Positions 27,280 to 40,500 of a stretch of DNA of 53,707 nucleotides are shown here, piece by piece (within the stretch, counting starts at the first letter, position 1; each line of letters begins with the position of its first letter). The stretch comes from a virus (lineage: Duplodnaviria; Caudoviricetes). A model generated the notes under the pieces. It saw only the letters and a program-made list of their open reading frames with translations, was not told the DNA's origin and searched no databases. Location: IMG/VR virus record IMGVR_UViG_3300013132_000064, positions 1-53,707 of that record. The stretch is one strand, 5' to 3'. The position numbers and the translations under genes are program-made.

Positions 27280-28339
27280 CCGACTCACCTCCATTTACTG
27301 CTTTATTGTAAAATAAAACATTGTCTACTAATCTTGGATCGTATTTTAGACCTAATGCCATTTTACCATGCTCTAATGCCTCATTGTAAAATCCTAGGTA
27401 GTAGTTCGCCAAAGCCGACAGATCGTATGGCTTCCATCCCCAGGCATCAGCTTCACAAAAATACTCTAGATATTTTTTCTTTATTAATAAGGCTTTATCT
27501 GCAAACTCTTTAGTCTGTTCCCAATCTTGTTTTTCGTAATACAATTGAGCAAGATCTACAAAGGGCTCTCTTCTTTCAGGGCACTCTTCTATTGCTTGTC
27601 TTAACCAGAACTCTGCATTATCTGGCTCACACTTTGCTAAGTATCTCATAGACTCACATCTCTCTGGCTTCCAGACTGCTGAAGGCAGGCTAAGATGTCT
27701 TCTAAACTCTTTGGCGGCATCTTCGTAACTTAATCTGTAATACAATTCTCTAGCATAATAATGAGAGTTTCTATCGCTTGCTGGATCTTCTTGAACTGCT
27801 AAAGATAGTAGAGCTAAATATTGGGATCTAGATTTTAAATTATCTGGCAAATGATATATTTTAATATCTGTTGATTGTTTTTTTTCTTCTATTCCATATG
27901 GCCCAACAGATTCATGAACTGGGTACTTCCACCTATACCCTTGTCTCTTGTGTATTCTTAAGGCTTCAAATTCTAGTCCTGGGTCGCCTATTTGATCTAT
28001 ATGAGTAACTAATTTATGTAATGGTCTATTTATTTCAGGATTTAATTTTTCTATTTCTGATCTCCAGCCTTTGGACAGTACCTCGTCTAAATCTAAAGAT
28101 ATGCAATAATCTATATCCTTTGGCAATAGAGCAAGAGCAGCATTTCTAGCATCATCAAATCTCCAAGGGTTAATAGAAATATTAAAAACATTTATACCAA
28201 GTGATTTAGCTATCTCTACTGTTTGGTCTTGTGAGCCTGTATCTGCTATAAGTAAATAATCTGCTTCTTTTGCAGACTCATACCATCTTTTTACAAATTG
28301 CTCTTCATTTAATGCGATACTGTATACCGCTATTTTCAT
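27263..28339 (-). CDS. Glycosyltransferase family 2 with TPR repeats
   Basis: IALNEEQFVKRW, DTGSQD, FDDARNAAL, DLDE (DxD), W-YPVHE, then helical TPR-like repeats. Start MKIAVY. Confidence 0.9.
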   Translation of the reverse strand: MKIAVYSIALNEEQFVKRWYESAKEADYLLIADTGSQDQTVEIAKSLGINVFNISINPWRFDDARNAALALLPKDIDYCISLDLDEVLSKGWRSEIEKLNPEINRPLHKLVTHIDQIGDPGLEFEALRIHKRQGYRWKYPVHESVGPYGIEEKKQSTDIKIYHLPDNLKSRSQYLALLSLAVQEDPASDRNSHYYARELYYRLSYEDAAKEFRRHLSLPSAVWKPERCESMRYLAKCEPDNAEFWLRQAIEECPERREPFVDLAQLYYEKQDWEQTKEFADKALLIKKKYLEYFCEADAWGWKPYDLSALANYYLGFYNEALEHGKMALGLKYDPRLVDNVLFYNKAVNGGESDVISS

Positions 28340-28353
28340 TCTTACTCCAATGA

Positions 28354-30753
<2,400 letters not shown>

Positions 30754-30764
30754 TTTCTAGCCTC

Positions 30765-31478
30765 CTAGACTATAGACCACTTAGATCTTAGATCTTTTTC
30801 TACAGTATTGTACTCTGCAAACTGAAGAGCTCTATCGTAGATGATTAGTTCTCCTATTTTAAAGTTTCCATAAGAGGAAACATATCTTCCTATTGATTGT
30901 CCAGTCATTGAAGCAATAGAGCCTGAAGATACAGCACGAGAGACTTCAGCATTGTTTCTTCTTACGATTCTTAAATTATTTGAAAGGTCATAAACTAGTG
31001 TGTAGATTTCTGTTGTTCCTGCTGGGGCAACTGTTACAATAGATCCCTGATCATCATTTCCAAATCCAAATCTATGAGTATTTGAAGTAAGGTTACCAGT
31101 ATACAAATTAGTTCTTGTTGCAGTATTTGTTCCGCCTATAATCCAAGTATTATTATTTGCTGGCTTTGAAGCAACATAAATTACAGTAAAAGATTTTCCA
31201 GCAATATAAGATAAAGTTTGATCTGAAAATGTCATGAAGTCGTCTGTCCCGTCAAAATTGATTGCTCCCAATCCGCCGAGACCAGTTGGCTGAAATGTTG
31301 GTCTATTTGCTCCAGAGCTTGACATGTTTCTAACTTTTCCAGACTTATCGTTCCATTGAGAAACTAAATTCGAACCATCTCTAATTACTGTAGCTGGCAG
31401 GGCAGCATCTAGGTGGAGCTGCATACCCACTGTGGTAAATCTAGCTCTTCTAAAATTTGAACGCTGATTATCGAACAA
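30765..31478 (-). CDS. LamG-like lectin domain protein
   Basis: LHLDA...VSQWNDKSG, INFDGTDD and IGELIIYDRAL motifs. Confidence 0.75.
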   Translation of the reverse strand: MFDNQRSNFRRARFTTVGMQLHLDAALPATVIRDGSNLVSQWNDKSGKVRNMSSSGANRPTFQPTGLGGLGAINFDGTDDFMTFSDQTLSYIAGKSFTVIYVASKPANNNTWIIGGTNTATRTNLYTGNLTSNTHRFGFGNDDQGSIVTVAPAGTTEIYTLVYDLSNNLRIVRRNNAEVSRAVSSGSIASMTGQSIGRYVSSYGNFKIGELIIYDRALQFAEYNTVEKDLRSKWSIV

Positions 31479-31919
31479 TTAAGCTTCTCCTCCTGGATAA
31501 ACGACTGGCTTATTTGGCCAAGTTACATCTGATATATTATCATATTCTTTCAAAAGAAGCAGCTTATCTCTGTAAGCTTTCCAAGCATTAATATGTGTTT
31601 CAGAAAGAGTGGTATCTGAATCTACCCAGCTTGTTGATATTAGTTCAAAATCAATGTAGGCTTCAAGAATTTCTTTTTGCTCTTCTGTTGATATGTTTTC
31701 TACTCTTACTGAATATACTTTACCGCCTTGAATATAAGGCTCACATTCAATTAGCTTTTGTGTATTTGTATTATATTCAATAGTATTAATTACTTCTACT
31801 GCATCATTATCTTCTAAGAAGCTTCCGTATTCGCCGCTTTCAGGAAAAGAGGAGTTTGGAAATAGACGATCTAGCCTTCCAGAGGCTACTATTTCATTGT
31901 TCCTTACTATGGCGTACAT
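31479..31919 (-). CDS. Tail fibre assembly chaperone-like protein
   Basis: C-terminal W-AYRDKL...VTWPNKP motif. Confidence 0.6.
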   Translation of the reverse strand: MYAIVRNNEIVASGRLDRLFPNSSFPESGEYGSFLEDNDAVEVINTIEYNTNTQKLIECEPYIQGGKVYSVRVENISTEEQKEILEAYIDFELISTSWVDSDTTLSETHINAWKAYRDKLLLLKEYDNISDVTWPNKPVVYPGGEA

Positions 31920-31931
31920 TTTGCCTCCTAA

Positions 31932-32369
31932 TTAAATAAATAGATCAGCGAATGCGTATCCGCCAAATATGTTGGTGCCACCGTCTCTGGTATAAAAATT
32001 TAACAAAGTGGTATTTGTTGATAGCAATGGTGCAATATTAGATGCTCCGCCGCCGTCCCACTTAATTGTTCCTGGCCAAGTAATGGTGTATGATCCACCG
32101 TTCTTGATCTCAACTTGCCAAAATGCTCCCTTACCAGAAGTAGGCATTCCTGCAAAAGCTACGGTCATATTTCCGTTAGCAATCATTTTAAATACTCCAG
32201 CTTCAGAAACATTGCAAGTTGCAGTTCCTGCAGCATTAATGGTTCCCTTATCTTGGTACTCTACAGGGATATTAAAATATGTATAACCCTGTCCATTAAT
32301 TGGAGCCTGTAGATATGTGTATGTCCATAATGCTGGTGTTACAGCACTTGGCGACATTGATACTGGCAT
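31932..32369 (-). CDS. Tail fibre-associated beta-sandwich protein
   Basis: GGSYTITWPGTIKW-GG...P-L...FYT-DGG motif common in phage fibre domains. Confidence 0.6.
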   Translation of the reverse strand: MPVSMSPSAVTPALWTYTYLQAPINGQGYTYFNIPVEYQDKGTINAAGTATCNVSEAGVFKMIANGNMTVAFAGMPTSGKGAFWQVEIKNGGSYTITWPGTIKWDGGGASNIAPLLSTNTTLLNFYTRDGGTNIFGGYAFADLFI

Positions 32370-32394
32370 ATTATTCTCCTCTTATTTCTTTGTG

Positions 32395-33327
32395 TTAAGC
32401 TGTCTTAACCCAATATGTAATTATGCAAACTCCAGAGCCACCGCTTCCACCGCATCCTCCACCTGATCCCGTGTTCTGATAAGCAGATTCTCTTGGAGAT
32501 CCAATATAGTCTCCACGACCTTGTCCTCCACCATTTGAGCCTGGGCCTCCAGTACCTCTTCCGCCGCCACCGCCGCCTCCAGCTACTCCATAAAGCCCTG
32601 ATCCTCCCTTGCCGCCTGTTTGACGACGACCAGAGTCATTTGAGTTGGCCATTCCTGGGCCACCTCCTGAAGAACCTTCTGAAGAAGCACGGCTTCCACC
32701 GAAATATCCTGAATATCCTCCGTTGTTATAAAAGTTTAATCTTCCGTAGTGTCCAGCGCCACCAGCGCCTCCGCCGCCTCCGCCAGAACCCCATGAGTTC
32801 TGCCAGTTACCTTGGCCGCCGCCGCCTGAACCAATTCCTGTGATGTTGTCTGCTCCTGGTCCACATGAACCAGACTGACCGTTTCCTTGTGTTGATCCTC
32901 CACCGTATGCGACCATATAAAATGGTTGTCCCGAAGTTCCAAATGTAGAGTTTCCACCTTGACCATTGCATCCTCCGCCGTTACCGATTCCAATTGATAT
33001 TCCAGAGTTTACTGCAACTGATGAAATGTCAAGAATTCTTCTTAGAACTTGGCCTGCTCCGCCGCCACCGTGGTTTGTTGATCCATTATCGCATCCACCA
33101 CCACCGCCGCCACCTACCAAAGTAACTTCTACTTGAGGAGCGCTATTATTTGGGCGAGTCCATTGTCCACCAGATAAAATAGTTACGTTGTACTGATTAT
33201 AAAATCCAGAAATTTGTGCAGCCAATAGAGGGATAGCTACAGAAACAGAAAGTGTTCCTGCGGCAGTTTTTATTTCAGAGTCCAGCCCTGGTACAAATAT
33301 TTGATTAATCGTTCCGTATGTTGCCAT
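32395..33327 (-). CDS. Glycine-rich fibre/adhesin protein (paralogue of 33860-34864)
   Basis: WTRP...V-LVGGGGGGG...GGSGVCIITY glycine-rich domain architecture. Confidence 0.8.
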   Translation of the reverse strand: MATYGTINQIFVPGLDSEIKTAAGTLSVSVAIPLLAAQISGFYNQYNVTILSGGQWTRPNNSAPQVEVTLVGGGGGGGCDNGSTNHGGGGAGQVLRRILDISSVAVNSGISIGIGNGGGCNGQGGNSTFGTSGQPFYMVAYGGGSTQGNGQSGSCGPGADNITGIGSGGGGQGNWQNSWGSGGGGGGAGGAGHYGRLNFYNNGGYSGYFGGSRASSEGSSGGGPGMANSNDSGRRQTGGKGGSGLYGVAGGGGGGGRGTGGPGSNGGGQGRGDYIGSPRESAYQNTGSGGGCGGSGGSGVCIITYWVKTA

Positions 33328-33575
33328 TAGTTAGGCACCTCTATTTCTAGCCATTCATCATGGTTAATGTATTGTGGATCTTCGGGAAGCAATTCTGCTG
33401 GCTTCTTGAATTTTCCTTCTTCTATTTTCCAGGCAACTCCTGGTTTAATTTCTAAATCTGTTATATCAACTCTTTCAAAAGCTGACCAATCTGGATGAGA
33501 TGAAACAAATTCTTCATCTGCTATTATAATGTTTCCAACAACACCATTTGCAATAATTGCCCATTCTCTTGCCAT
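33327..33575 (-). CDS. Small fibre-associated chaperone-like protein
   Basis: WAIIANGVVGNII...PGVAW...GKF..P motif typical of genes next to Gly-rich fibres. Confidence 0.6.
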   Translation of the reverse strand: MAREWAIIANGVVGNIIIADEEFVSSHPDWSAFERVDITDLEIKPGVAWKIEEGKFKKPAELLPEDPQYINHDEWLEIEVPN

Positions 33576-33576
33576 A

Positions 33577-33858
33577 TTAGTTGCCTCCTGCTAATTCATC
33601 TGCAGCTGGCTCAGTTAATGGAACCAAAGGTTCTGCAGGGAGTGGTGTTGGAAGAACTAAATCATTTTTATTCCAACTCTGTGTTTCAAAATTATATGTC
33701 CAATGCATTCTTGGATGATCTTCTGGAACCCACTCTGTGTAATCAAAATAAGCAAGATCTTTCCAATCTTCGTTACTCAATACTGCATCTACATTTTCTA
33801 GGTAAACGAGGTTATGCATTGTTCCGTCTGGATTGACTAGTGCAAATCTTTTAAACAT
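33577..33858 (-). CDS. Small fibre-associated chaperone-like protein
   Basis: FALVN-DG...N-V...P..HWTY...W; same family pattern as the neighbouring gene. Confidence 0.55.
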   Translation of the reverse strand: MFKRFALVNPDGTMHNLVYLENVDAVLSNEDWKDLAYFDYTEWVPEDHPRMHWTYNFETQSWNKNDLVLPTPLPAEPLVPLTEPAADELAGGN

Positions 33859-33859
33859 A

Positions 33860-34864
33860 TTATGCCTTGACGTACCAAGTAATTATTGCTACGCCATTAC
33901 CTCCTCTTTGGCCTACTCCACCACTGTGATTATTTCCTCCGCCGCCTGAGCCAGTTCCGTCTCGTCCTCCAGCGCCTGAGTTATCTGTTGTTTGTGATCC
34001 TCCAGCGCCTCCGCCGCAAGATCCTCCGCCGCCTGCTCCGCCGCCGCCACCACCGCCACCTGCAATTCCGTATAGTCCATCTCCTCCTGAGCCACCTACT
34101 CCAATCCAGCTTGTCCAGCTATGATTAGCTCCTGCTCCGCCGCCTGATGCACCTGGACCGAATCCAAATCCACCTTGGTATCCTGGACTTCCTGTTCCGT
34201 TACCTTGAGTTGTATTCATAGCCATCCAACCAGAGCCACCAGCGCCACCACCGCCACCTGCTGCGCCATATTGCCAGTCTCCACCAGCGCCACCGCCGCC
34301 GCCTGAACCTCCGCCATTTCTGCTTCCCATGCCTGCGCCCATGTTGCCACTGTTTCCATTGTTGCCAGTTCCATATGGATATCCTCCACCACCACCGCCG
34401 TAAGCGATACAGTAGAATGAATTTCCATTAACTCCAAATGATGAGTTGCCACCATTATTACCATTTGAGTTTCCGCTAACAGCATTACCTCCAGCACCAA
34501 TTGTTACTGGGATAGTTCCTCCAATTGCAACAGAAGAAATGTCTAGCCATGTTTCAATTAGCTGACCTGATCCGCCGCCTCCTGAGCCGTTGTGAGACCA
34601 AGAATGACCGCATCCACCCGATCCTCCACCACCGACAAGTATAAGCCTTATTACTGGACCAGAGTTTGCTGGTCTTGTCCAGTTACCAGAGCTGTAAATT
34701 CTTTGCTGTCTTGGCAAAAACATCGAGCTAACTCCAGCAGCAGCAATTGCTTGTGCAGTAATTCCTTCCTGCAATCCTTCTGTGATTGATGCATTAATTG
34801 TTTGTGTCAATCCAGGCAGGTATGTATTACTTGCTGACGTGGATACTTGTCCGCTAAAGGCCAT
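33860..34864 (-). CDS. Glycine-rich fibre/adhesin protein
   Basis: SGNWTRPANS...LVGGGGSGG...LDISSVA...GGNGVAIITWYVKA. Confidence 0.8.
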   Translation of the reverse strand: MAFSGQVSTSASNTYLPGLTQTINASITEGLQEGITAQAIAAAGVSSMFLPRQQRIYSSGNWTRPANSGPVIRLILVGGGGSGGCGHSWSHNGSGGGGSGQLIETWLDISSVAIGGTIPVTIGAGGNAVSGNSNGNNGGNSSFGVNGNSFYCIAYGGGGGGYPYGTGNNGNSGNMGAGMGSRNGGGSGGGGGAGGDWQYGAAGGGGGAGGSGWMAMNTTQGNGTGSPGYQGGFGFGPGASGGGAGANHSWTSWIGVGGSGGDGLYGIAGGGGGGGGAGGGGSCGGGAGGSQTTDNSGAGGRDGTGSGGGGNNHSGGVGQRGGNGVAIITWYVKA

Positions 34865-34881
34865 TTTTATTACTCCTTAAA

Positions 34882-35202
34882 TCAAGATGATGTTATTTTA
34901 ACACCTGAGATGAACATTGATACTGCTGCTGCATTCCCTGCTGTTACTGCGATAGTTTCAGCTGTATTAAGAACTTGCTTAATATCCAATGTCATAAAGG
35001 TTTGTGGCGGAAGACTTAGCTGGTAAGCCAAGAAAACTCCTGCCATTTTTACGTTAAATGTTTGTGCTGAAAGTGTTAGGTTCTGTACAGTAATTGATGT
35101 GATAACATCTGTCTCTGCAGCAGGAACTGTCCAAACACCTGTCTCTACGTTAGGTACGACTCCTGCATAAAATCTCGCAGGCAAACTTACTGTTGTTGGC
35201 AT
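34882..35202 (-). CDS. Small beta-sandwich virion protein (similar to the N-terminus of the collagen fibre)
   Basis: WTVP...ITSITVQN...LPP..F..L...VL...ETI...V...ISG pattern shared with the N-terminus of 28354-30753. Confidence 0.6.
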   Translation of the reverse strand: MPTTVSLPARFYAGVVPNVETGVWTVPAAETDVITSITVQNLTLSAQTFNVKMAGVFLAYQLSLPPQTFMTLDIKQVLNTAETIAVTAGNAAAVSMFISGVKITSS

Positions 35203-35534
35203 TATAGTACTCCCATGTGGTTATAAATTGTAAAATTGTTTAACTCATTAGCAACTGCTGCTACCTGAGTTGCGCCAGCAGCGGCAACTGCTGCAACCTG
35301 TGTGCTTCCAGAAGCAGTCACTGTTGTGACTGCGCCAGTTACGGCGGAGGAAATGTCATTTAGCTTTGTATTTGTCGCAGCAAGAACATCATTTACTCCT
35401 AAGAGATTGCCCATTGCTTCGATTGCTTTTGCTAGATAAACTAATTCTTGTGCTCCTAGTGTGGCCGTATTAAGAGCGGTAACTTTGGTCTTAAATAGGT
35501 CAACCTGAGCGGTTAAACTTGCATAATCTGGCAT
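35202..35534 (-). CDS. Coiled-coil virion protein (paralogue of the N-terminus of 36896-37567)
   Basis: MPDYASLTAQVDLFK versus MPDYTTLSTQIEQYK; shared EL...LGV-D pattern. Confidence 0.65.
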   Translation of the reverse strand: MPDYASLTAQVDLFKTKVTALNTATLGAQELVYLAKAIEAMGNLLGVNDVLAATNTKLNDISSAVTGAVTTVTASGSTQVAAVAAAGATQVAAVANELNNFTIYNHMGVL

Positions 35535-35554
35535 TTATCTCTCACCTCTCATAT

Positions 35555-35563
35555 AGTATAGCA
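35555..35563 (-). promoter_or_regulatory. Extended -10 promoter TGCTATACT
   Basis: In a 37-nt intergenic gap, followed by a GAGGTGA SD. Confidence 0.55.
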
Positions 35564-35571
35564 TAATAGAG

Positions 35572-35973
35572 TTATTGGGCAGGCGGGACAGGCCATTCAA
35601 CGTTATAATCTACAACATCTTCTGGCAGGTCTCTTAGAGCCTGTCTATATTCTCTCCATTGCTCTCTTAATTCTTCAGACATGGGGGCAGTTTCAATCCA
35701 GTCAGTTTCTAGTAATTTAACATTTCTTAAATGCCTAGTTGCAGACTTGGCTCCAGATATTAATATCTCTGCCTTCCAAGCATTATGTTCTTGGTCAGTC
35801 ATAACCCTTGGAGTTCCATTATCTAGTTTCATATGTTTTTCATATGAAAATTCTTCTATCTCATACCAATCAGATCCTTCTGGGGTATCTACTGATGTTG
35901 TTGTACCAATTTGATTTCCCGCCTCATCAAATTGAACCCACTTTTTAATTTCTGGCAATATTTCTTCTGTCAT
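35572..35973 (-). CDS. Tail fibre assembly chaperone
   Basis: LRN..LLETDW...W-EYRQALRDLP...WP-PP signature. Confidence 0.85.
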   Translation of the reverse strand: MTEEILPEIKKWVQFDEAGNQIGTTTSVDTPEGSDWYEIEEFSYEKHMKLDNGTPRVMTDQEHNAWKAEILISGAKSATRHLRNVKLLETDWIETAPMSEELREQWREYRQALRDLPEDVVDYNVEWPVPPAQ

Positions 35974-36896
35974 TATCTATCTCCATATAATGTAGCGGCC
36001 TGATTCCATACTTTATGAGAATCAATTGTGCTTGTATAGTTATTATTGTTATGCTCATTAAATGCCCATGCTGCCATAGTCAATCTCATGTCTGGCTGAA
36101 TCCAGAAATTAGAATTGAATGTTGACTGCAAAGAATAGAATCCATTAGTTTCTGTCCAGTGATAATTATTTCCAGTATCTGTCCAGTAATGAAATGTATT
36201 GCACCCAAGAACTGCTGCAGTTTTACCTGGAGCTAGCGAAAATGTTCCGCCAATTCCGTCATTGGATGGATTTGATCCAGTTCTTGTTGCAAGATTTGAC
36301 CAGCTTACGCTTGTAGAGCTTGAATATGTTGTATTGTTTGGAATACCTACTTGTAGTCCTGCTCCATCTGCTCCTGATGCCCATCTGGTTGAGAACAAAA
36401 AATAGACAGTTACGTTATAACTGTTTGTAGGATGAAAGTTTCTAATAAACATTACCCTAGATCCAAAAGGACCTGCTGAAGTATTCTGTGGATATGTGTG
36501 TAAGCGTGAAGCAACATTTCCGCATATATTATTTGTTGCCCAATCTAGCCTCTTGACTCGTCCAGACATATAATTCTTATAAGATTCACTTTGTCTACGA
36601 TATCCGCCAAGTGCGTGCCAAAATGCTCTTTCAGCATCCCACGGTTGAGTTCCCGTCATGTATGTATGAAATGTTGTCCAATCATCTCCGTTACCCCATG
36701 AATAGTTACCCATCATAGAATTGCCACGAACATTTACAGAATAAATAGATGGAATGTGGAATGGAATTCTAGATCCGTCTGTAACCTCTCTAAACATTTC
36801 AATTGGTTGCTTTACTCCAAGAGAAGCTGCTGTTACTCCTAGGCTGCTTGCGCTTACTCCTATTGTTGGAATAAATAATGTATCAAAATTTGCCAT
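35973..36896 (-). CDS. Putative receptor-binding/fibre tip protein
   Basis: Trp/Asn/Thr/Gly-rich beta protein followed by a chaperone gene. Start probably MANFDT (36896), overlapping the upstream stop. Confidence 0.55.
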   Translation of the reverse strand: MANFDTLFIPTIGVSASSLGVTAASLGVKQPIEMFREVTDGSRIPFHIPSIYSVNVRGNSMMGNYSWGNGDDWTTFHTYMTGTQPWDAERAFWHALGGYRRQSESYKNYMSGRVKRLDWATNNICGNVASRLHTYPQNTSAGPFGSRVMFIRNFHPTNSYNVTVYFLFSTRWASGADGAGLQVGIPNNTTYSSSTSVSWSNLATRTGSNPSNDGIGGTFSLAPGKTAAVLGCNTFHYWTDTGNNYHWTETNGFYSLQSTFNSNFWIQPDMRLTMAAWAFNEHNNNNYTSTIDSHKVWNQAATLYGDR

Positions 36897-37567
36897 TATG
36901 TTAGTACCCATCCTCTCGTAGCATTTACATAAACTAATCTTACTGCGGCTCCTGCTACGTTTACAACTAGATCTTCTAGTAAGCCTTGTATTCTTGAAGA
37001 GTTTCTTCCAATAGTAAATGCAGGGGATGCGGTGCTTACTGTTGCACCAGTTGCATCTATTAATGTGACAGCAAACCCTAGAGATGGGTTTAGGGGTAGT
37101 GTTACGGTAATACCTTGTTGAGTAACAAATATTCTATCGTTATTTAATGAAGTTAAACTTGCTGTAGCTGTTGTCCAGTTTGATGGCAGCTGTCCAAGAG
37201 ATGTTTGAAGTCCAGAAACTGTAGACTGTAGAGTTGAATATTGTGTAGAATTTGTAGAAACAAATCCCTCTACGTTTGTTGTTCTGGCTTGCAGATCATC
37301 TATATCTGCCTCTGCGGATGTCAATCTAGCTCCGTTAGTTCCAGCATTAAATGCTGTTATGGCTGCGGTTTTAGTAGTCTCAATATTAGCAATAGCTGAG
37401 GTAAGTGCGTTGTTTAAATCTGCTACTCCCAAAGAATTTGCTATTGCATTTAAAGAGGCTCCGACTAATGACAACTCATTTGCATCTAGAGTGCCGCTAT
37501 TCATCAGTGCTGATGCTGCTGTTTTATACTGCTCTATCTGTGTGGATAAAGTTGTGTAATCTGGCAT
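36896..37567 (-). CDS. Fibre protein with coiled coil and a C-terminal fibre adaptor domain
   Basis: ITVTLP-NPS-G..V...D...TIGRN-S-IQG...LVY...RGW motif. Confidence 0.7.
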   Translation of the reverse strand: MPDYTTLSTQIEQYKTAASALMNSGTLDANELSLVGASLNAIANSLGVADLNNALTSAIANIETTKTAAITAFNAGTNGARLTSAEADIDDLQARTTNVEGFVSTNSTQYSTLQSTVSGLQTSLGQLPSNWTTATASLTSLNNDRIFVTQQGITVTLPLNPSLGFAVTLIDATGATVSTASPAFTIGRNSSRIQGLLEDLVVNVAGAAVRLVYVNATRGWVLT

Positions 37568-37570
37568 TTT

Positions 37571-40500
37571 TTAGGCCTGCGCTTCCGTCCATGATAGCGT
37601 TGCTGAAATATTAGCCGCTGATGAACCTAGATTTGTTGCAACAATTGACAAGATGTCTGGGGCATTTGGGAATCCTGGAGCTGCTGTACTTCCGTCTCCA
37701 TTTAGGATTGAGTTACCCAAATCTCTAACTTTTGTCAAGTCAATACGAGTAACTGAGTAGTTGGTACCACCTGAGTTATCCGTATAGAATGCGAATACAC
37801 GGTCTCCTCCCGAAACTGTATTTGTTGGCGAAAGAACTGGGGAACCTGGGACACCTGTTCCGTCATGATAAATAATTTGTGCAAGAGAACCAGAGCCTAC
37901 TCTGCTCTGTGACCATGCATTAGGAATATCAACTCCGTTTAGAGATTGAGCATTGAGAATTCCTTCAATCAAAAATTGTCCTTGAGACAATATGTTTACG
38001 TTAAACAGCTTCAGCTGCATCGTATTCATAAGCTCACGAAGACCAAAGTTTCTTCCTGTACCGTTATCTACTGAAGGCGCCACTCTAAGAGAAATTAAAG
38101 GACGTGCCTGCTGGGTAGCTCCAAACACCTGTGTTACTCCTCCATTTGGATTTATAGCTGAAGATGTTTCGTCTGGCTGAGCGAGGGCGTAAGATATTGT
38201 ATTTGATGTAACTGCTGACAAAGTAAATGTTCCATTATAAAAACTTGATGTTGTTGCTCTAGCATTATTTGCAGTAGGAACTAAAGTGAATGGAATATTT
38301 GTTGATGATCTTGAGAACAATATTGTTGTACTAGTTACGCCAGTAATTGTCCAGGTGCCATTAAATACTCCGTCTACACCAACAACAGTAACACTCTGTC
38401 CTACTCTATGTCTGTGTGCTTGAGACATTGTTAGTTCTGCTATGTTAGATGTCAACCTCTTATATGTGATTGTAGATATATCATTAACTCCAGAAACTAC
38501 TGCCGCTACTCCAGCTAACAATGAGTGTGGGGCTGATGTTGTTAAGGTTGCAATTCCAGAAGATCTAACTCTTGAAACAAGTGTTGCTGAGACTGATCCA
38601 GAACCTCCAACCTGCATAAATCTCTGCATACCTGCTGTAAAGATGAACGAGGAGTCGTCGTCGAATCCTCCGTCCATAATAACTGAAGATCCCCAGTGTG
38701 ACATAACTGGAGCGCATTCCTGAGAAATTACTTGAATAGAAACTTGAGCGGATCCTGATCCTCCTGGAATTGTAGCATCTGGTCTGAACGTTGCTTGAAC
38801 ATAACTTCCATTTAAATTGTATGCTTGTCCTGAGTAATATGTTACATAAGGCTGTCTGCGAATCAAATTGAGTGCATATCCTCGTGCTGTTGAATTATAT
38901 GCACCTATACTTGTATATTGTGCAATTTCGCAATAGCTTTCATCTGAGATTCTTAAGAATCCGCTTGCTGGCCAATAATCAACATTTTCAACATACATAA
39001 CTGTATCGTTTGGTAGTAGGTTTGAACCTCTTACGGCAGTTCCGCCTGCAACAAGTCTTGTAAACTTTGTTGGCTCATTCATTGCTTCATAACGAGCTGG
39101 CAAGTTACCAGAACGCTGGTACGCCTGTACATTTACGTTATTATGTGAAATTTCATGGGCCCAAGAAATTTTTCCTCCTTGGCCTCTAAATCCATAACGA
39201 ATTGTTCCTGCGCCGTACCATGAGTAATCAATAAATGTCATTTGCATCTTTGATGGATCAAATACGTGGCCAGAAGGACCAGTTCCATCAAATTTATCTA
39301 GGTTCCATTGTGATTGTGGAATTTTTTGGATTTGTGTCTTTCTAAATTTAACGTTAGGCTGCGTTGCTCCTCTATACGCTGGAGCAATTATCATATCTGT
39401 ATCTGAGTTGATTTGAATAACTCTATATGATTGTCCTCTGATAACAATTTTGTCTCCTGACAACAATTGTTTTCTAAAGATAGTATTAGTTCCAGTTACA
39501 GTACTATTAAATTTAGTTACCGAAACCGTTCCTCGTAATTCTTGAGTTGACCACTGACGGCAGCAATAAATCCCTTGCCCATCATACTCAAACCAAAATC
39601 CATCTTGTTCTGAATACAATCCAGCTCTAGTTGAAGCACCTTTCCATGTATATGCTGTTGCATATACGTTAACTCCGCCAGGAATTTGATCAATTGCTGA
39701 TAGCACCTGTGAAAAGTTTACATTATATTTAAATGTTGTAGAGTCAATAACTGCTGTGATTAAATGAATACCATTAAATGGATTATAGTCTCCAGCAATT
39801 TCAACTCCGTCAATTTTGATATAGGCTCCTGGCTGAAGGTTGTGTGAATCTAGTGTGGTTACTGTTATATCGTTTGATCCAACATTTACACTTTGTGCTG
39901 CGATATACTGAACTTCAAATGTTGGAGTAAATTTTGTTCCAGTTGAAAACAGGATTGACTTTCCTGACTGATAACGGAAGAATCTACGTGTTTGACGAAT
40001 TGTTTGCGTTCCGCAAACATTGTTACCAGTTGAAAGGATAACTCCACCGTCCATTGGTCTGTGAGTTACATAACCTTCTGGCTTTGCATAAAATCCTTGA
40101 CCAACCGTATTGATTGGATTATTAATTTGTTGAGCCGCCATAAATGACATTGTATTTGGGCTATCTACTGTATCAATAAAGAAGCTTCCGTAAAAATTGC
40201 TTCCTTCTTTTTGTGTTATAAGAATTGGTGTACCTGGAAGAAGTCCATGTGGTTTTGGAGACACTACTGTAATTCTTGAAGGATTTGCTTGATCGGATAC
40301 TGCTGAAAATGATCCTAATGCTCCTGTGCTTCCGCCCATAATATGAGCATTATCAAAAATTCCTCCTCCATAAATTGCAGTTAGGGTTCCATCTTGCAAA
40401 TTTCCACTAACTACGCCCTTTGCAATATATGTAAATGTTACAGAATCAATTGGGTTAGCAAGGAACGTTCCGTCTGCCTTATCATTTAAAGTTTCTGCTA

